A stretch of DNA of 64,000 nt, taken from contig CAVWBU010000041.1 in NCBI GenBank assembly GCA_963753345.1, forward strand, positions 64,001-128,000, given 5' to 3'. A program made the translations under genes and the position numbers. The DNA comes from an uncultured Fibrobacterota bacterium (lineage in GTDB: Bacteria > Fibrobacterota > Chitinivibrionia > Chitinivibrionales > FEN-1185). Positions 1-11,792 of this stretch are shown piece by piece. The notes below the pieces were generated by a model, which saw nothing but the letters and a program-made list of their open reading frames with translations, did not search any database and was not told the DNA's origin. The first letter of the stretch is position 1; every line of letters starts with the position of its first letter.

Positions 1-936
1 CCGAAACCGACGTTTTTCATGTATTACTTTAACGGCGGGTTTTACAGGATGAACGGTACGCTCATCAAGACCGTTGCCCAGGACGCGGCCACGCCTATCG
101 GGGTCAACGACGTCGACATGGTCTTTGATCCGGCAAACCCGCCGGACGGCTTGTCCAACGTCATCGGCACAGGCTGGGACGTGGCGCTCGACCCGGACGG
201 CAATCCTGTTTTCGTCTATGATATTTATGACAACACAAACGGCGGCCCCAATCACCGCTATTACTATTACCGCTGGGACGGAACAAAATGGAACTCTCAC
301 TTCCTTGTCAATAGCGGAAACCCCATGACCGAAGGCAATGTTGAAGTCGGTTTCGGCGGCGGCCTCATTCTGGACCATGTGAATCCCAACATCGTGTATC
401 TGAGCACGCATGTCAACGGCGTTTTCGAACTCGAACGCTGGGTGACCCCGGACAAGGGAGCCACGTGGACGTATTGGCAGATAACCTCCGGCTCCGCGGC
501 CAAGAACTGCCGTCCCATTGTGCCGCGCAACACTCCCGGCGGAAAGATCGACGTAGTGTGGAATTACGGCACCTACACCACCTGGGGCGGCCCGTTCTCG
601 ATGGACGTGAAAATGTACACGTTCGACTCCACCAAAATCGCGTCCGGCATGACGCCAATCAAATCCGGATTCGAACGCCGCGCGCCGAAGGAAACCGGTT
701 TCAACCTGCTGGCGAGCGGCCTTTCGTTTACGCTCGCCACTCCCGCTTCGTCAACGCTCAGGATTTACAACATAGAAGGCCGGATGGTGTCGGACCTTAC
801 CTCGAGCGTTCGACGCATGCAGGCCGGCGTCAACGCAATGCAATACAAGACGGTTGGCCTCGCCCGCGGCATGTATATAGCCCGGTTGTTCGACGGGGCG
901 CAAAATTATTCGCAGAGTTTTGTAGTTCAGCGCTAA
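1..936 (+). CDS. BNR_4-type beta-propeller secreted protein, paralog 1 (5'-truncated by window)
   Basis: Frame open from base 1 (PKPTFFMYYFNGG). Near-identical to the C-terminal half of 1198..2856. Asp-box TPDKGATW. C-terminal sorting-like tail (IYNIEGRMV...GMYIARL). Confidence 0.85.
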   Translation, partial: PKPTFFMYYFNGGFYRMNGTLIKTVAQDAATPIGVNDVDMVFDPANPPDGLSNVIGTGWDVALDPDGNPVFVYDIYDNTNGGPNHRYYYYRWDGTKWNSHFLVNSGNPMTEGNVEVGFGGGLILDHVNPNIVYLSTHVNGVFELERWVTPDKGATWTYWQITSGSAAKNCRPIVPRNTPGGKIDVVWNYGTYTTWGGPFSMDVKMYTFDSTKIASGMTPIKSGFERRAPKETGFNLLASGLSFTLATPASSTLRIYNIEGRMVSDLTSSVRRMQAGVNAMQYKTVGLARGMYIARLFDGAQNYSQSFVVQR

Positions 937-986
937 GCAAGCGCCGGGGCAAAGGAACCGGCCTTTCTCGATGACGAAGGACGGCA

Positions 987-1026
987 CTTGAGGATTCCCT
1001 GCGGATGAGTGCGGGGAGTCCTCAAG
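987..1026. other. 16-bp hairpin downstream of paralog 1
   Basis: cttgaggattccctgc ... gcggggagtcctcaag pair, including G-U pairs. Confidence 0.5.
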
Positions 1027-1035
1027 CCATAGTGA

Positions 1036-1151
1036 AATATGTTTTCTTTCCATAGGGATGGAAGATTCTTCGCAGGTTCGCTGCCGCGGCTGCTACAACA
1101 GTAGTGTAGTATTGTATGCCGTCCCAGTCGCAGTGCTGCGGGGTTCTTCAA
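1036..1151 (-). repeat. Dispersed palindromic repeat, copy A
   Basis: Reverse complement contains the 22-nt core gaatcttccatccctatggaaa, identical to 43185-43206 and 47320-47341, plus a shared ttgaagaaccYcgcagca flank. Confidence 0.85.
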
Positions 1152-1197
1152 TTTATTGACAGATAGAACTATTCTCAAGATTTGAAGAAAGGCACCC

Positions 1198-2856
1198 ATG
1201 ATTAGGATTTTCAAACCGCTCATGCTTGCAGCATTGACGGCAATGATCTTTGGCGCCGGTTTCACCCAATCGGCCGAATACCCGAAAGCAGGCGCAAGCT
1301 GCGCGACGCTCGCGACGCAAGGCATATGGACATGGTATCATGATTCGAGAGCGATCTATTACAAAGGAACGCATGAGAAGACCTATGTAGGCTACTTCAG
1401 CAGTTCCAGCAATCCCGGCGCTGCGGCAATTGCCTCGTATGACCATGCCACCGGGGAAATCGACACGTTCTCCCTCAAAACCAATTGGGGCTTCGACGAC
1501 CACAACACGACCACGGTCCACGTTCTGCCCAGCGGCCACATCATAACATTCTACAGCGAGCACAACGGCGGAGCGTGGTTCACCCGCACGTCGACGAATC
1601 CGGAGGACATCACTTCGTGGGGCCCGGAATTAAAGGTCAACGTCGCCTGCACCTATCCTAACATCTGTCAATTGAGCGCCGAGGGAATAAACGGCAACAG
1701 ACTCTATATATTCTTCAGAGGAGCATCAACGGAAACCGGCGACTTCGGAATGCCGTATTATCAGACCAGCGACGACGGCGGCGCAACATGGAGCGCGGCA
1801 ATCAGATACTTCTTCGGCGGCCTCTCGTCTGTGGGGGGCGGCATACGGCCGTACTGTAAATACGTTTCCAACGGCAAAGACAAAATTTACATGCTGATCG
1901 AGGGTGACAACCGTAACAACCCGCCGCCCAAACCCACCTATTTTATGTACTACTACAACGGCGGATTTTACAAAATGAACGGCACCTTAATTGAAACAGT
2001 GGCACAGGACAAATCCTCGCCCATCACCACCGCACAACCGGACACCGTGTACGATCCGGCGAACCCTCCGGATGGTTTGAAAGGCACAATCGGAACGGGT
2101 TGGGATATCGCTCTTGATTCCGCCGGGTATCCGGTATTCGTCTATGATATTTATGACCCGTCCGGCGCCAATCACCGGTATTATTACTATCGATGGGACG
2201 GATCAAAATGGAACCACTATTTTCTCATCAACAGCGGCGGGCCAATGACCGAAGGCGGGAATGAAGTCGGCTTCGGCGGCGGGCTCGCTCTCGACCACGC
2301 CAATACCAACGTGGTGTACCTGAGTACTCATGTAAACGGCGTTTTCGAACTCGAACGATGGATAACGGCCGACAAAGGAGCAACCTGGAGAATCTGGCAG
2401 ATAACCTCGGGCTCAGCAGCCAAGAACTGCCGCCCCATTGTGCCGCGCAACACACCCGGCGGAAAAATCGACGTTGTCTGGAACTACGGAACCTATACCA
2501 CGTGGGGCGGCCCGTTCTCAATGGACGTGAAAATGTACACGTTCGACTCCACGAAAATCGCGTCGGGCATCACGCCAGTCAAATCGGGTTTCGAACGCCG
2601 CGCGCCGAAGGAAGCGGGATTCAATCTGCTGGCGGGCGGCCTGTCGTTCACGCTCGCGTCTTCCTCTTCGTCAAGTCTCAGGATTTACAACATGGAAGGC
2701 CGGCTCGTTTCCGATCGTACATCGGACGTGCGCGGCATGCCGGCGGGGGTGAATGCGATTCGGTACAAGTCGCTGGGCCTAACACACGGCGCCTATGTCG
2801 CCGGATTGTTCGACGGAGCGCATTACTATTCGCAGTGCTTCATCGTAGAGCGGTAA
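1198..2856 (+). CDS. BNR_4-type beta-propeller secreted protein, paralog 2
   Basis: Signal peptide; GIWTWY; DDHN...EHNG; YPN; SDDGGATWS Asp-box; LDH; C-terminal sorting-like domain. Confidence 0.88.
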   Translation: MIRIFKPLMLAALTAMIFGAGFTQSAEYPKAGASCATLATQGIWTWYHDSRAIYYKGTHEKTYVGYFSSSSNPGAAAIASYDHATGEIDTFSLKTNWGFDDHNTTTVHVLPSGHIITFYSEHNGGAWFTRTSTNPEDITSWGPELKVNVACTYPNICQLSAEGINGNRLYIFFRGASTETGDFGMPYYQTSDDGGATWSAAIRYFFGGLSSVGGGIRPYCKYVSNGKDKIYMLIEGDNRNNPPPKPTYFMYYYNGGFYKMNGTLIETVAQDKSSPITTAQPDTVYDPANPPDGLKGTIGTGWDIALDSAGYPVFVYDIYDPSGANHRYYYYRWDGSKWNHYFLINSGGPMTEGGNEVGFGGGLALDHANTNVVYLSTHVNGVFELERWITADKGATWRIWQITSGSAAKNCRPIVPRNTPGGKIDVVWNYGTYTTWGGPFSMDVKMYTFDSTKIASGITPVKSGFERRAPKEAGFNLLAGGLSFTLASSSSSSLRIYNMEGRLVSDRTSDVRGMPAGVNAIRYKSLGLTHGAYVAGLFDGAHYYSQCFIVER

Positions 2857-2981
2857 CAATGGCGCCGGTGTGATAGAACCGGTTTATTTCAGATCATGAT
2901 GAATTGGTGAGTGATAGAAATACGTTGTCTATTCGAGGACCTGCCGTAAACCGGCACTTCTTTAACAAGCGGGGGTTCGCC

Positions 2982-4703
2982 ATGTTCAGGAGAAGCGTTG
3001 TTGCTTTCTCGTTGGCGATGATTTGTGCGGGGTTCGTTTCCAGTGTAAGCGCTCAGGGAATTCCAAAGCCCGGCGAGCAGTTCTCGTCCATCACCAAGGA
3101 TGCAATTTACACATGGTATGCAGAGCCCAAGGCGATTTACTACGAAGGAACGCACAAGCGCACCTACATGGCGTGGAACACCTCGACGGGCACCAAGGGC
3201 ATCGCGTACTACGATCACGACACTAAGGACACCCTTGTGACCACGCTGCCGCCCATGCCCTACGGCGCCGACGACCACAACCACCCGGCGATCATAGCCC
3301 GGCCCGACGGCAGGATCGTTATTTTCTGCACCGGCCATGACGGCGGAACCATTACCGAATTGATTTCCAAGAATCCCGAAGACATCACCTCTTGGCAAAC
3401 CGCCATCAATCCGGGCGGCAACGGAGGATACTGCTATCCCAACGCGATCTTTCTCAAGGCGGAAGCGGACAGCGGGCGCCTCTATCTGTTCTTTCGTGAC
3501 AACAGCGGCGGCTATCCGGACGGCACCGTGGTGTGGGAGCCGTGTTTCTGTTACAGCGACGACTGGGGCGTCACCTGGAGCCGGAAGTATCATATGTTTA
3601 CCGGCGGAAGCTACAAACCCTATGTCAAGTACGCTTCGGATGATTCAACCGAAATCCACATGGTCGTTGAGCGCGAAAACCGGCAGGGCGATGCAACCGT
3701 CAAACCGATTTATTTCATGAAATACAAAAACGGAACATTCTATTGTGCAAATGGCAGGCAGCTTGCCACCATGGCCACGCTCCCTGTTCACGACTACAAT
3801 ATGGACACGATTTTTTATGCTCATCTGTCCGGCTGCAGCAACACCTGCTACGACGTCGCGCTCGACGCCAACAGGAACCCGGTGACGGTGATGGACATGT
3901 TCAAGGACACGTCGATAAACATTTACTGGTACCTGCGCTGGACCGGGACCTCGTGGTTCAAAACACCCTTTGTCAACAGCGGCATGTACCGCGGCTGCCA
4001 GAGCGGATTTGCGGCCGGCGTCACGCTCGACCACGAGAACCCGAGCAACGTTTACCTGTGCCGGCAGATGCTCAAGCCCTCGGCCACGCCGTTCAACATG
4101 GCCGACACAAGCTACACCAATTACAAAACCAACCTCAAGGCCACCTGCTGGACCGCGTCGGCGTATCCGCATGAGCTTGAGAAATGGACCACGCCGGACG
4201 GCGGCGCCACCTGGGATACCATGCCCATCACGCGCAATACCAATGCAACCGTCTACATGAACACGAACTGCCTGCCCTGCGTGCCGCGCCACCACAAGGC
4301 AGGCACCAAAATCGAGGTGATGTGGCTCAACGGCATCTATCAGAGCATGAGTCCCACTCCCATCAACGGGACTCCCGGTTATCAACTGGCGCTGCGGGTG
4401 TACCCGTTCCTCGAAACCACGGCGGCGCGGCCTCTGAGCGAAATCCGGACGGCGCACGTCCCCCAATTCATGGTGAGCCGCACCGGGATTTCCTTCACCC
4501 TTGCCGACCCCTCGCGATCGTCGCTTTTGCTGTATTCGCCAGACGGAAAGCTGGCCGGCAATTTCACCGCCAAAGTTCGCGCAATGCCTTCAGGAAGGGC
4601 GCTCGTCCCGTTCTCGGCGCTGTCGAACACCGGCGGGGTTTACCTGATAAAACTGAATGATGGAAAGTCAACAATTGCGGACAAGATAGTCATCTCCCAA
4701 TAG
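2982..4703 (+). CDS. BNR_4-type beta-propeller secreted protein, paralog 3
   Basis: ATG at 2982 after a GGGGG RBS-like run; signal peptide; YTWYAEPKA, DDHNHP, GHDG, SDDWGVTWS. Confidence 0.88.
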   Translation: MFRRSVVAFSLAMICAGFVSSVSAQGIPKPGEQFSSITKDAIYTWYAEPKAIYYEGTHKRTYMAWNTSTGTKGIAYYDHDTKDTLVTTLPPMPYGADDHNHPAIIARPDGRIVIFCTGHDGGTITELISKNPEDITSWQTAINPGGNGGYCYPNAIFLKAEADSGRLYLFFRDNSGGYPDGTVVWEPCFCYSDDWGVTWSRKYHMFTGGSYKPYVKYASDDSTEIHMVVERENRQGDATVKPIYFMKYKNGTFYCANGRQLATMATLPVHDYNMDTIFYAHLSGCSNTCYDVALDANRNPVTVMDMFKDTSINIYWYLRWTGTSWFKTPFVNSGMYRGCQSGFAAGVTLDHENPSNVYLCRQMLKPSATPFNMADTSYTNYKTNLKATCWTASAYPHELEKWTTPDGGATWDTMPITRNTNATVYMNTNCLPCVPRHHKAGTKIEVMWLNGIYQSMSPTPINGTPGYQLALRVYPFLETTAARPLSEIRTAHVPQFMVSRTGISFTLADPSRSSLLLYSPDGKLAGNFTAKVRAMPSGRALVPFSALSNTGGVYLIKLNDGKSTIADKIVISQ

Positions 4704-4712
4704 AAGGAGTTA

Positions 4713-6431
4713 ATGATGGCCTTACACAACAGATTGGTGCTCGTTGGATGCGCGTGCGCGGCGCTGATGGCCGCCTATGTCAATTCACCCGCTCAGCCGA
4801 TCCCGAAACCGGCCGAGCAGTTCGGCGCCGTTTCCATGAATGGCATGTGGACATGGTACGGCGAGCCAAAGGCGGTGTACTACGAAGGCGCGCACCGACG
4901 CACCTACATGACGTGGAACACGCAGAGCGGGACCAAGGGAATCGGCTACTACGACCACGATACCAAAGTTTTGGCTGCCGACTCACTGCCGAAGATGCCC
5001 TACAACGGCAGCGACCACAATCATCCGGCCATCATCATGCGGCCCGACGGCAAAATCGTTACGTTCTGCACCGGGCATGACGGCGGTGAAGTTACCGAAT
5101 ACATTTCCAAGAATCCCGAAGACATATCGTCCGGATGGGACGGACCGTATTATCCCGGCGGCAACGGCGGCTACTGCTATTGCAATGCCGTTTTCCTCAA
5201 GAACGAAGGAACAAAGGGACGTTTGTACATTTTCTACCGCGACAATACGCAATACACCGGAGAAACGACCAATTACTGTCCTGCCTTCTGCACCAGCGAC
5301 GACTGGGGCGTCACCTGGAGCGCCAAGAAACGGCTGTATGTCTATGTAGGCAGCGCCTACAAGCCGTATCTCAAGTATGCATCCGACGGGCTTTCGGAGA
5401 TATACATATCCATCGAATACCAGAACCGGGAAGGCGACGGAAAGGGCAGGCCCGATTATTTCATGAAATACCATGACGGGACGTTTTACACCGTCGATAA
5501 CAGGACGCTCGCCACCATGGCAACGTTGCCGGTTGTCAACACACAGCTCGACACCATTTTCTACCCCTATACCTACGGCGCCGGGTTCAGCAACACCTGC
5601 TGCGACATTGCCATCGACGCCAGCAACAATCCGGTGATCCTGTACTGCGCCTTCCAGAGCACGACGCTGTACGAGTACTGGTATATGCGGTGGACAGGCA
5701 CTTCGTGGTATAAGCGGCCGCTTGTCAACAGCGGCGCCTATCGCGGCGCCCAGAGCGGATTCTTTGCCGGCCTCACCTTCGACCACGAGAACACAAACAA
5801 CATTTACGTGTGCAGGCAGCTCTTGAAGCCTTCGGGCGCGGCCTTCAACCTCATGGATACATCGGTGGCAAACTACAAAACACTTTCCGCCGCCGATTGG
5901 GTGACGGTCGACACGGTGCATGAGCTTGACAGATGGACAACCGCCGACGGCGGCGTCACCTGGGACAGCCTCGCCATCACCCGGGGATCGCTCAACAAGA
6001 ACATGCTTCCGTGCGTGCCGCGCAACCACCTACCCAACATGAAGGTCGACTGCATGTGGCTCAACGGCGTGTATACGAGCATGGACGCCGCCGGTTACAA
6101 TTGCGCAGTGAGAATATTCCCGTATAAAGACGGGGAATCGCTTCCGACTACCGCCGCGCAACCCATGTACCAATCGACGTTCGTGCCGCGGGGAATGGTG
6201 TGCACCAAAACGGGCGTGACGTTCTCGTTGATACATCCGGAAAACGCTTCATGCAAAGTGTATTCGCTGAACGGCAGGATGGTGGCGGACCTGACTTCGC
6301 TTGTACGGGCGATGAACGCAGGCCATGTCACCCTCCCCTTTTCGGCCATGCACGTTTCCAATGAGGCCTGCATCGTTGACCTTGACAATGGAAGTACAAA
6401 AACCGTGGGGAGCTTTATCGTCACCAAATAA
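4713..6431 (+). CDS. BNR_4-type beta-propeller secreted protein, paralog 4
   Basis: AAGGAG RBS; signal peptide; WTWYGEPKA, SDHNHP, GHDG, SDDWGVTWS. Confidence 0.88.
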   Translation: MMALHNRLVLVGCACAALMAAYVNSPAQPIPKPAEQFGAVSMNGMWTWYGEPKAVYYEGAHRRTYMTWNTQSGTKGIGYYDHDTKVLAADSLPKMPYNGSDHNHPAIIMRPDGKIVTFCTGHDGGEVTEYISKNPEDISSGWDGPYYPGGNGGYCYCNAVFLKNEGTKGRLYIFYRDNTQYTGETTNYCPAFCTSDDWGVTWSAKKRLYVYVGSAYKPYLKYASDGLSEIYISIEYQNREGDGKGRPDYFMKYHDGTFYTVDNRTLATMATLPVVNTQLDTIFYPYTYGAGFSNTCCDIAIDASNNPVILYCAFQSTTLYEYWYMRWTGTSWYKRPLVNSGAYRGAQSGFFAGLTFDHENTNNIYVCRQLLKPSGAAFNLMDTSVANYKTLSAADWVTVDTVHELDRWTTADGGVTWDSLAITRGSLNKNMLPCVPRNHLPNMKVDCMWLNGVYTSMDAAGYNCAVRIFPYKDGESLPTTAAQPMYQSTFVPRGMVCTKTGVTFSLIHPENASCKVYSLNGRMVADLTSLVRAMNAGHVTLPFSAMHVSNEACIVDLDNGSTKTVGSFIVTK

Positions 6432-6445
6432 AAATGGGGGGCATT

Positions 6446-8158
6446 ATGAAATGCGGAAAAACGGTTTCTCTGTTCCTGTTTGCGATTGCTCTGGCATTCT
6501 GCGTGTCGAATTCCAGGGCCCAGGCAATCCCGAAGCCCGGCGAGCAATTTGCCGCAATGTCAAACGACGCCATGTGGACCTGGTACGGTGAGCCCAAGGC
6601 GGTTTATTTTGAAGGCGTGCACCGGCGGACCTACATGGCATGGAACAAGAGTACCGGCGACAAGCAGGTCGGCTATTACGATCATGACACAAAGGAAACC
6701 CTGTCGGTGATCATGCCGAAAATGCCCTATGGCGGCGACGACCACGACCACCCCTCCATCATCATGCGGCCCGACGGCAAGCTCATCCTTTTCTGCACCG
6801 GCCATGACGGCAACGAAGTCACCGAATATATTATGAAGAATCCGGAAGACCTTTCGTCCGGATGGGATGGTCCCTATTATCCGGGCGGCAACGGCGGCTA
6901 CTGCTATCCGAATGCGGTGTTCCTTAAGAACGAGGGAACACAAGGGCGATTCTATATTTTCTATCGGGACAATACGCAATACGCCGGAGAAACGGATAAT
7001 TACTGTCCGGCCTTCTGCACCAGCGACGACTGGGGAGTAACATGGAGCGCAAAAAAAAGGTTATACCTGTATGTGGGCAGCGCCTATAAGCCCTATTGCA
7101 AATACGCCACGGACGGTCTTTCCGAAATATATATCTCAATCGAATACCAGAACCGCGAGGGAGACGGAAAGGGCCGTCCCGATTATTTCGTGAAATACAG
7201 CAACGGGACGTTTTACGCGGACGACAACCACGTGCTTGCCACAATGTCCACCCTGCCCATTCTCAACACACAGCTCGACACCGTTTTCTATGCATACGCG
7301 TACGGTGCCGGATTCAGCGGAACCGCGTGCGACATAGCAATCGACCCGAACAACAACCCCGTTATCCTCTATTGTTCCTTCCTCGATACGTCCATTTACG
7401 AATACTGGTATGTGCGCTGGACCGGCACATCCTGGTTCAAGAGACCCATAGTCAACAGCGGGGCCTATCGCGGCGCACAGAGCGGTTTTTTTGCCGGTCT
7501 CACCTTCGACCACGAGAACGCCAATAACATTTACGTCTGCCGCCAGCTCCTGAAACCGGGCGCCGTAAATTTCAACCTCCAGGACACGTCCGTAGCCAAT
7601 TACAAGACCATCAAGGCATCCGATTGGGTAACGGTCGACGCGGTGCACGAACTTGAGCGATGGACCACCACCGACGGCGGCGTCAGCTGGGACACCATTG
7701 CAATCACCCGGGGTTCCGCGAACAAGAACATGCTGCCCTGCGTTCCCCGGAATCACAAGCCCAACATGCAGGTGGATGTCATGTGGCTCAACGGCGTGTA
7801 CACAAGCATGAGCCCCGACGGATACAATTGCGCAGTGAGAATATTCCCCTACAAAACGGGAGAATCGCTTCCGACCACTGCCGCACAACCGGCGGTTCAA
7901 TCAACGTTCGCGCCGCGGGGAATGGTGTGCAACAGCAACGGGGTGACCTTCTTCCTGACACATCCGGAGAAGGCGTCATGCAGAGTATATGCATTGAACG
8001 GCAGCCTGATTGCAGACCTTACATCAATGGTCCGTTCTATGAAAGCCGGCCACGCCGTGCTCCCCTTTTCGGCGTTGCACGTCGCCCGCGGGGCCTGCAT
8101 CGTTTCTCTTGACAATGGCACTTCACGAATGACGGGGAACGTGTTCGTCACCAAATAA
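6446..8158 (+). CDS. BNR_4-type beta-propeller secreted protein, paralog 5
   Basis: ATG 6446 after a G run; highly similar to paralog 4 throughout; DDHDHP. Confidence 0.88.
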   Translation: MKCGKTVSLFLFAIALAFCVSNSRAQAIPKPGEQFAAMSNDAMWTWYGEPKAVYFEGVHRRTYMAWNKSTGDKQVGYYDHDTKETLSVIMPKMPYGGDDHDHPSIIMRPDGKLILFCTGHDGNEVTEYIMKNPEDLSSGWDGPYYPGGNGGYCYPNAVFLKNEGTQGRFYIFYRDNTQYAGETDNYCPAFCTSDDWGVTWSAKKRLYLYVGSAYKPYCKYATDGLSEIYISIEYQNREGDGKGRPDYFVKYSNGTFYADDNHVLATMSTLPILNTQLDTVFYAYAYGAGFSGTACDIAIDPNNNPVILYCSFLDTSIYEYWYVRWTGTSWFKRPIVNSGAYRGAQSGFFAGLTFDHENANNIYVCRQLLKPGAVNFNLQDTSVANYKTIKASDWVTVDAVHELERWTTTDGGVSWDTIAITRGSANKNMLPCVPRNHKPNMQVDVMWLNGVYTSMSPDGYNCAVRIFPYKTGESLPTTAAQPAVQSTFAPRGMVCNSNGVTFFLTHPEKASCRVYALNGSLIADLTSMVRSMKAGHAVLPFSALHVARGACIVSLDNGTSRMTGNVFVTK

Positions 8159-8245
8159 AACAGGGGGAGGAAGTCGTCGGAACGAGGAATATCTTGGTGA
8201 TGCGATAGCCGGAGATTGATTCTTCGAGGCCCTAGACGCACGCTC

Positions 8246-8360
8246 GTCATTGCGAGCACAAAGCGATGCGATCTGATACAGACCGCATCGCTTCTCAGCA
8301 GATTGCCATCATCAAGGTCTGCAGCTAGAGATTGTTTCGTCGAGGACTCCTCGCAATGAC
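8246..8360. repeat. REP-like palindromic element (GTCATTGCGAG...CTCGCAATGAC type)
   Basis: Perfect 11-bp terminal inverted repeats at 8246-8256 and 8350-8360 in an intergenic gap. Confidence 0.7.
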
Positions 8361-8464
8361 ACCAGGCCAATCGCCGAAATTGTTTTTAAACGATTTCGGC
8401 AGTCCTTGATAGACAGCAGGCGCAAAAAAATTCTGCTGCCGGTTTATCCAAAAGGGGGGATCAA

Positions 8465-10044
8465 ATGTCGTTTCGCCACAGGTCAGCCATTCTCATTCCC
8501 AGCCTTCTAATAATTTTTGCCGCCGCCCACCAGTCCCCCGCTCAGACACTCCCCACCTCAGGCGCGAATTTCTCCAACATAACCAGCAACGGCGTGTGGA
8601 CCTGGTACGGCGAGCCCAAGGCGGTTTACTATGAGGGAGCGCACAAGCGCACCTACATAGGCTGGATTTCCAACACAGGGACAGTCGCGGTAGCCTCCTA
8701 CGACCACGAGACCGGCGACACGCTCACGCATGTCATCCGCCTCAACTACGATCTCGACGACCATGCGCACCCGAGTATTATCATGAGGCCCGACGGCAGG
8801 TTGCTGGTTGCCTTGGCCGCGCACGATGGCGCAATCCTGAGCATCTACATAGCCACGAACCCTGAGGACGTTTCGTCGTTCGGACCCGAAAACCAGGTCC
8901 ATGCGGACCCGGGCGCCGGGTTCTGTTATCCCAACCTTTTGTGGCTTTCCGCCGAAGGCGACAGCGGCAGGCTGTACTGCTTTATCCGCGGCCTGGAAAC
9001 GCTGCCCTCTTATTTGTACTCGGACGACTGGGGAACTACGTGGACGCACGCTCGGGTGTTTTTCCACAGCACCGACAGCACGCCCAAGCCCTATTGCAAG
9101 TATGCCAGCAACGGCAAGGATGAAGTCCACATGGTTATCGAGCGCGGCAACCGCCAAGCCAGTTATCCTTCATATTATATGAAATACAAAGCCGGTGTGT
9201 TTTACCAGGCGGATGGGACGCCGTATCGCCGACACGGCACATCTGCCCATCTGGAATTACCTCATCGATACGTTGCACAATCCGGCCCTTGCAAAAGCCA
9301 ATGGATCCGTGTGGGACGTGGCGATTGACGCATTCGGAAGACCCGTCATAGTGTACGATCAATTCCCGGATGGCAACAATCATTACTATATGTATTTTCG
9401 CTGGACAGGGACATCGTGGTTCAAGAAAACCCTGCTCGACGCGGGCATGAACATGGGCGGGCAGGACGGATTTGCCTCCGGCATAACGCTCGATCACGAA
9501 AATCCATCCATCGTTTATCTTGCCCGCCAGATAGGGTCGGTGCCTGAACTTGACAAATGGGTCACGACGGACAGCGGGACCACGTGGGACACCATGGCGA
9601 TAACACGCGGGCTCCGCAAAAAAGAATTGTCGCCCATGCGTGCCGCGCGGCCACAAGGCGGGCGGGAACATCGAACTGATCTGGCTTTATGGGGACTACA
9701 CCACTTATGACGGCGGCGCCTGGAACATGGCGGTAAATGTGTATCCGTTCAGGCAGGCTGTTTCCGCGCAGGCGCCGGTCCGGGAACCAGGATCGTCCGC
9801 AGCAGCTTTGAGAGTCACTTCTTCGGGATTGTCCATGATTATTTCAGAGCCCGGAGCGTCATCGCTGCGGCTGTTTTCCCTCAACGGACAGCTTGCGGCC
9901 GACCTGACCTCGCGGGTAAAGGCGATGCGCGCCGGACAATCGTTCGTTCCTTACAGTGCATTTGGTCATGCAAACGGCGCATTTATTGTTATATTTGCCG
10001 ATGGGAAACGTTTGATTTCAAAAACCATTATTCTTTCAAGGTAG
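8465..10044 (+). CDS. BNR_4-type paralog 6, split by two +1 frameshifts (probable sequence errors)
   Basis: ORFs 8465..9328, 9195..9710 and 9640..10044 join into one paralog. Removing one G at 9215-9217 restores DGRRIADT. Removing one G at 9609-9611 restores ITRGSAKKNCRP. Confidence 0.8.
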
Positions 10045-10059
10045 TCACGGAGGTTTTCA

Positions 10060-11624
10060 ATGCCTTCACGTAAATCAATTGTAACGGGCGCTGTCCTTGT
10101 CGCATCATTCGCCTGCCTGACGTTCGCCCAGTCATTCCCAAAGCCGGCGCGAACTTCACCTCTGCCACGGACAATGGTGCGTGGACCTGGTACGGCAATC
10201 CTGTTGCCGTTTACCACGAGGGCACGTACAAGAAAACCTACATGGGCTGGATCTCCAACACCGGCGTTGTCTCCGTGGCGACGTACGACCATACTGCGGG
10301 TACCATGGCCACCCATGTGATGGGGAGTATGGCGGCCGACGATCACAGCCATCCGAGCCTGCTGATACGGCCTGACGGAAGACTCATGGTGTTTTTCTCG
10401 GGCCACGACGGCGCCACCATGAATCTCTACATTGCCACCCACCCGGAGGACATCTCCGCGTTCGACTCTTTGATAAAAGTTGCGCCCGGCGTCACCTACT
10501 GCTATCCCAACCCGATGTGGTTGAGCGACGAGGGCGACAGCGGCAGGATCTACCTCTTCTACCGCAGCCTCGGACTCAAGCCCTGTTTTTCCACCTCGGA
10601 CGACTGGGGGAAAACGTGGACTCCCACGAAGAATTACTACACAAATCCCGACAGCACGCCCAAATCGTATGCGAATTACTGCTGCAACGGCAAGGATGAA
10701 ATCGATATCGTGATTGAAAAGGGACACCGCGCAGGCTACTGGCCGCTCTATTACCTCAAATACAAGAATGGCGCATTCTGGAAAGTAAACGGCACGAAAC
10801 TGGCAACGATGGACCAGTTGCCTGTCATCAACACCGTATTAGACACCGTAATGGATCCCCAGGCTGCGGGCTGCCACGGCTCGGCCTGGGACATCGCGCT
10901 CGACAACTCCGGACTGCCCGTTATAGCCTACGACCAGTTCAAGGATGCAAACAACCATGTCTACTATTATGTCCGCTGGACCGGAACAACATGGTTCAAG
11001 AAGGCGCTTGTCAACAGCGGCGCCGACATGGGCGCGGAGGACGGGTTCGCGGGCGGAATCACGCTCGACCACGAAAACACCGGCAACATCTACATGTCGC
11101 GCCAGATAAACGGCCTGCATGAGATTGACAGATGGACAACTCCTGACGGCGGGACCAACTGGGATTCAACGGCCATCACGCGCGGATCAGCCAACAAGAA
11201 CACGCGGCCCATTGTTCCGCGATACCACATCCCCTACGACAAGATCGACGTGGTGTGGATGTACGGAAGTTACTCCGCATTCACCGGCACCGGGTACAAC
11301 ACGGCGGTGAAGATGTACCCGTACAATGAGCCTGTGGGCTTGAGACCTTCGGAAAAATCGTCTTTTGTTGCTCATGGCGCGGGCATTACCGTTCAATCTT
11401 CAGGAATTTCTTGTTATCTCGTTAATCCCGGCGCATCGTCGCTCGCCATGTACAGTCTGAACGGAAAGCTTGTTGCAAATGTGTCATCAATGGTTCGGTC
11501 AATGAGCGCAGGGCGGGTATTTGTCCCCTTCTCCAAAATCCGCTGCGCATGCGGCGCCTATCTGCTTGAGTTCAATGACGGGAATTCAAGGACAATGAAG
11601 TACATTACAGTTTCCCGGCAGTAA
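10060..11624 (+). CDS. BNR_4-type paralog 7, one-base deletion near 10137-10147
   Basis: Signal peptide in ORF 10060..10320. The other frame reads GANFTSATDNGAWTWYG into 10242..11624. Confidence 0.8.
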
Positions 11625-11685
11625 GAAAACAGATAGTGCGGACATCCTTGTTTTTCTTTATTATATTGGGTGAATGATCAAGACA

Positions 11686-11714
11686 GGTACCCTGAATCTT
11701 CAGGGTACCCTTTT
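11686..11714 (+). terminator. Probable intrinsic terminator or palindrome
   Basis: ggtaccctga-atct-tcagggtacc followed by ctttt. Confidence 0.5.
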
Positions 11715-11792
11715 GTCAGGCAGCGTTGAAAGATGATTAGCACTTTGTTAATCGGTTAATACGAAAAGACCATCATCAAAAGGGGGAATCTC

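Noticed and set aside
8465-11624. Programmed frameshifting or phase variation in paralogs 6-7
   Set aside because: Indels lie in 2-3 nt runs without an evident slippery context, and the same error pattern affects unrelated genes.
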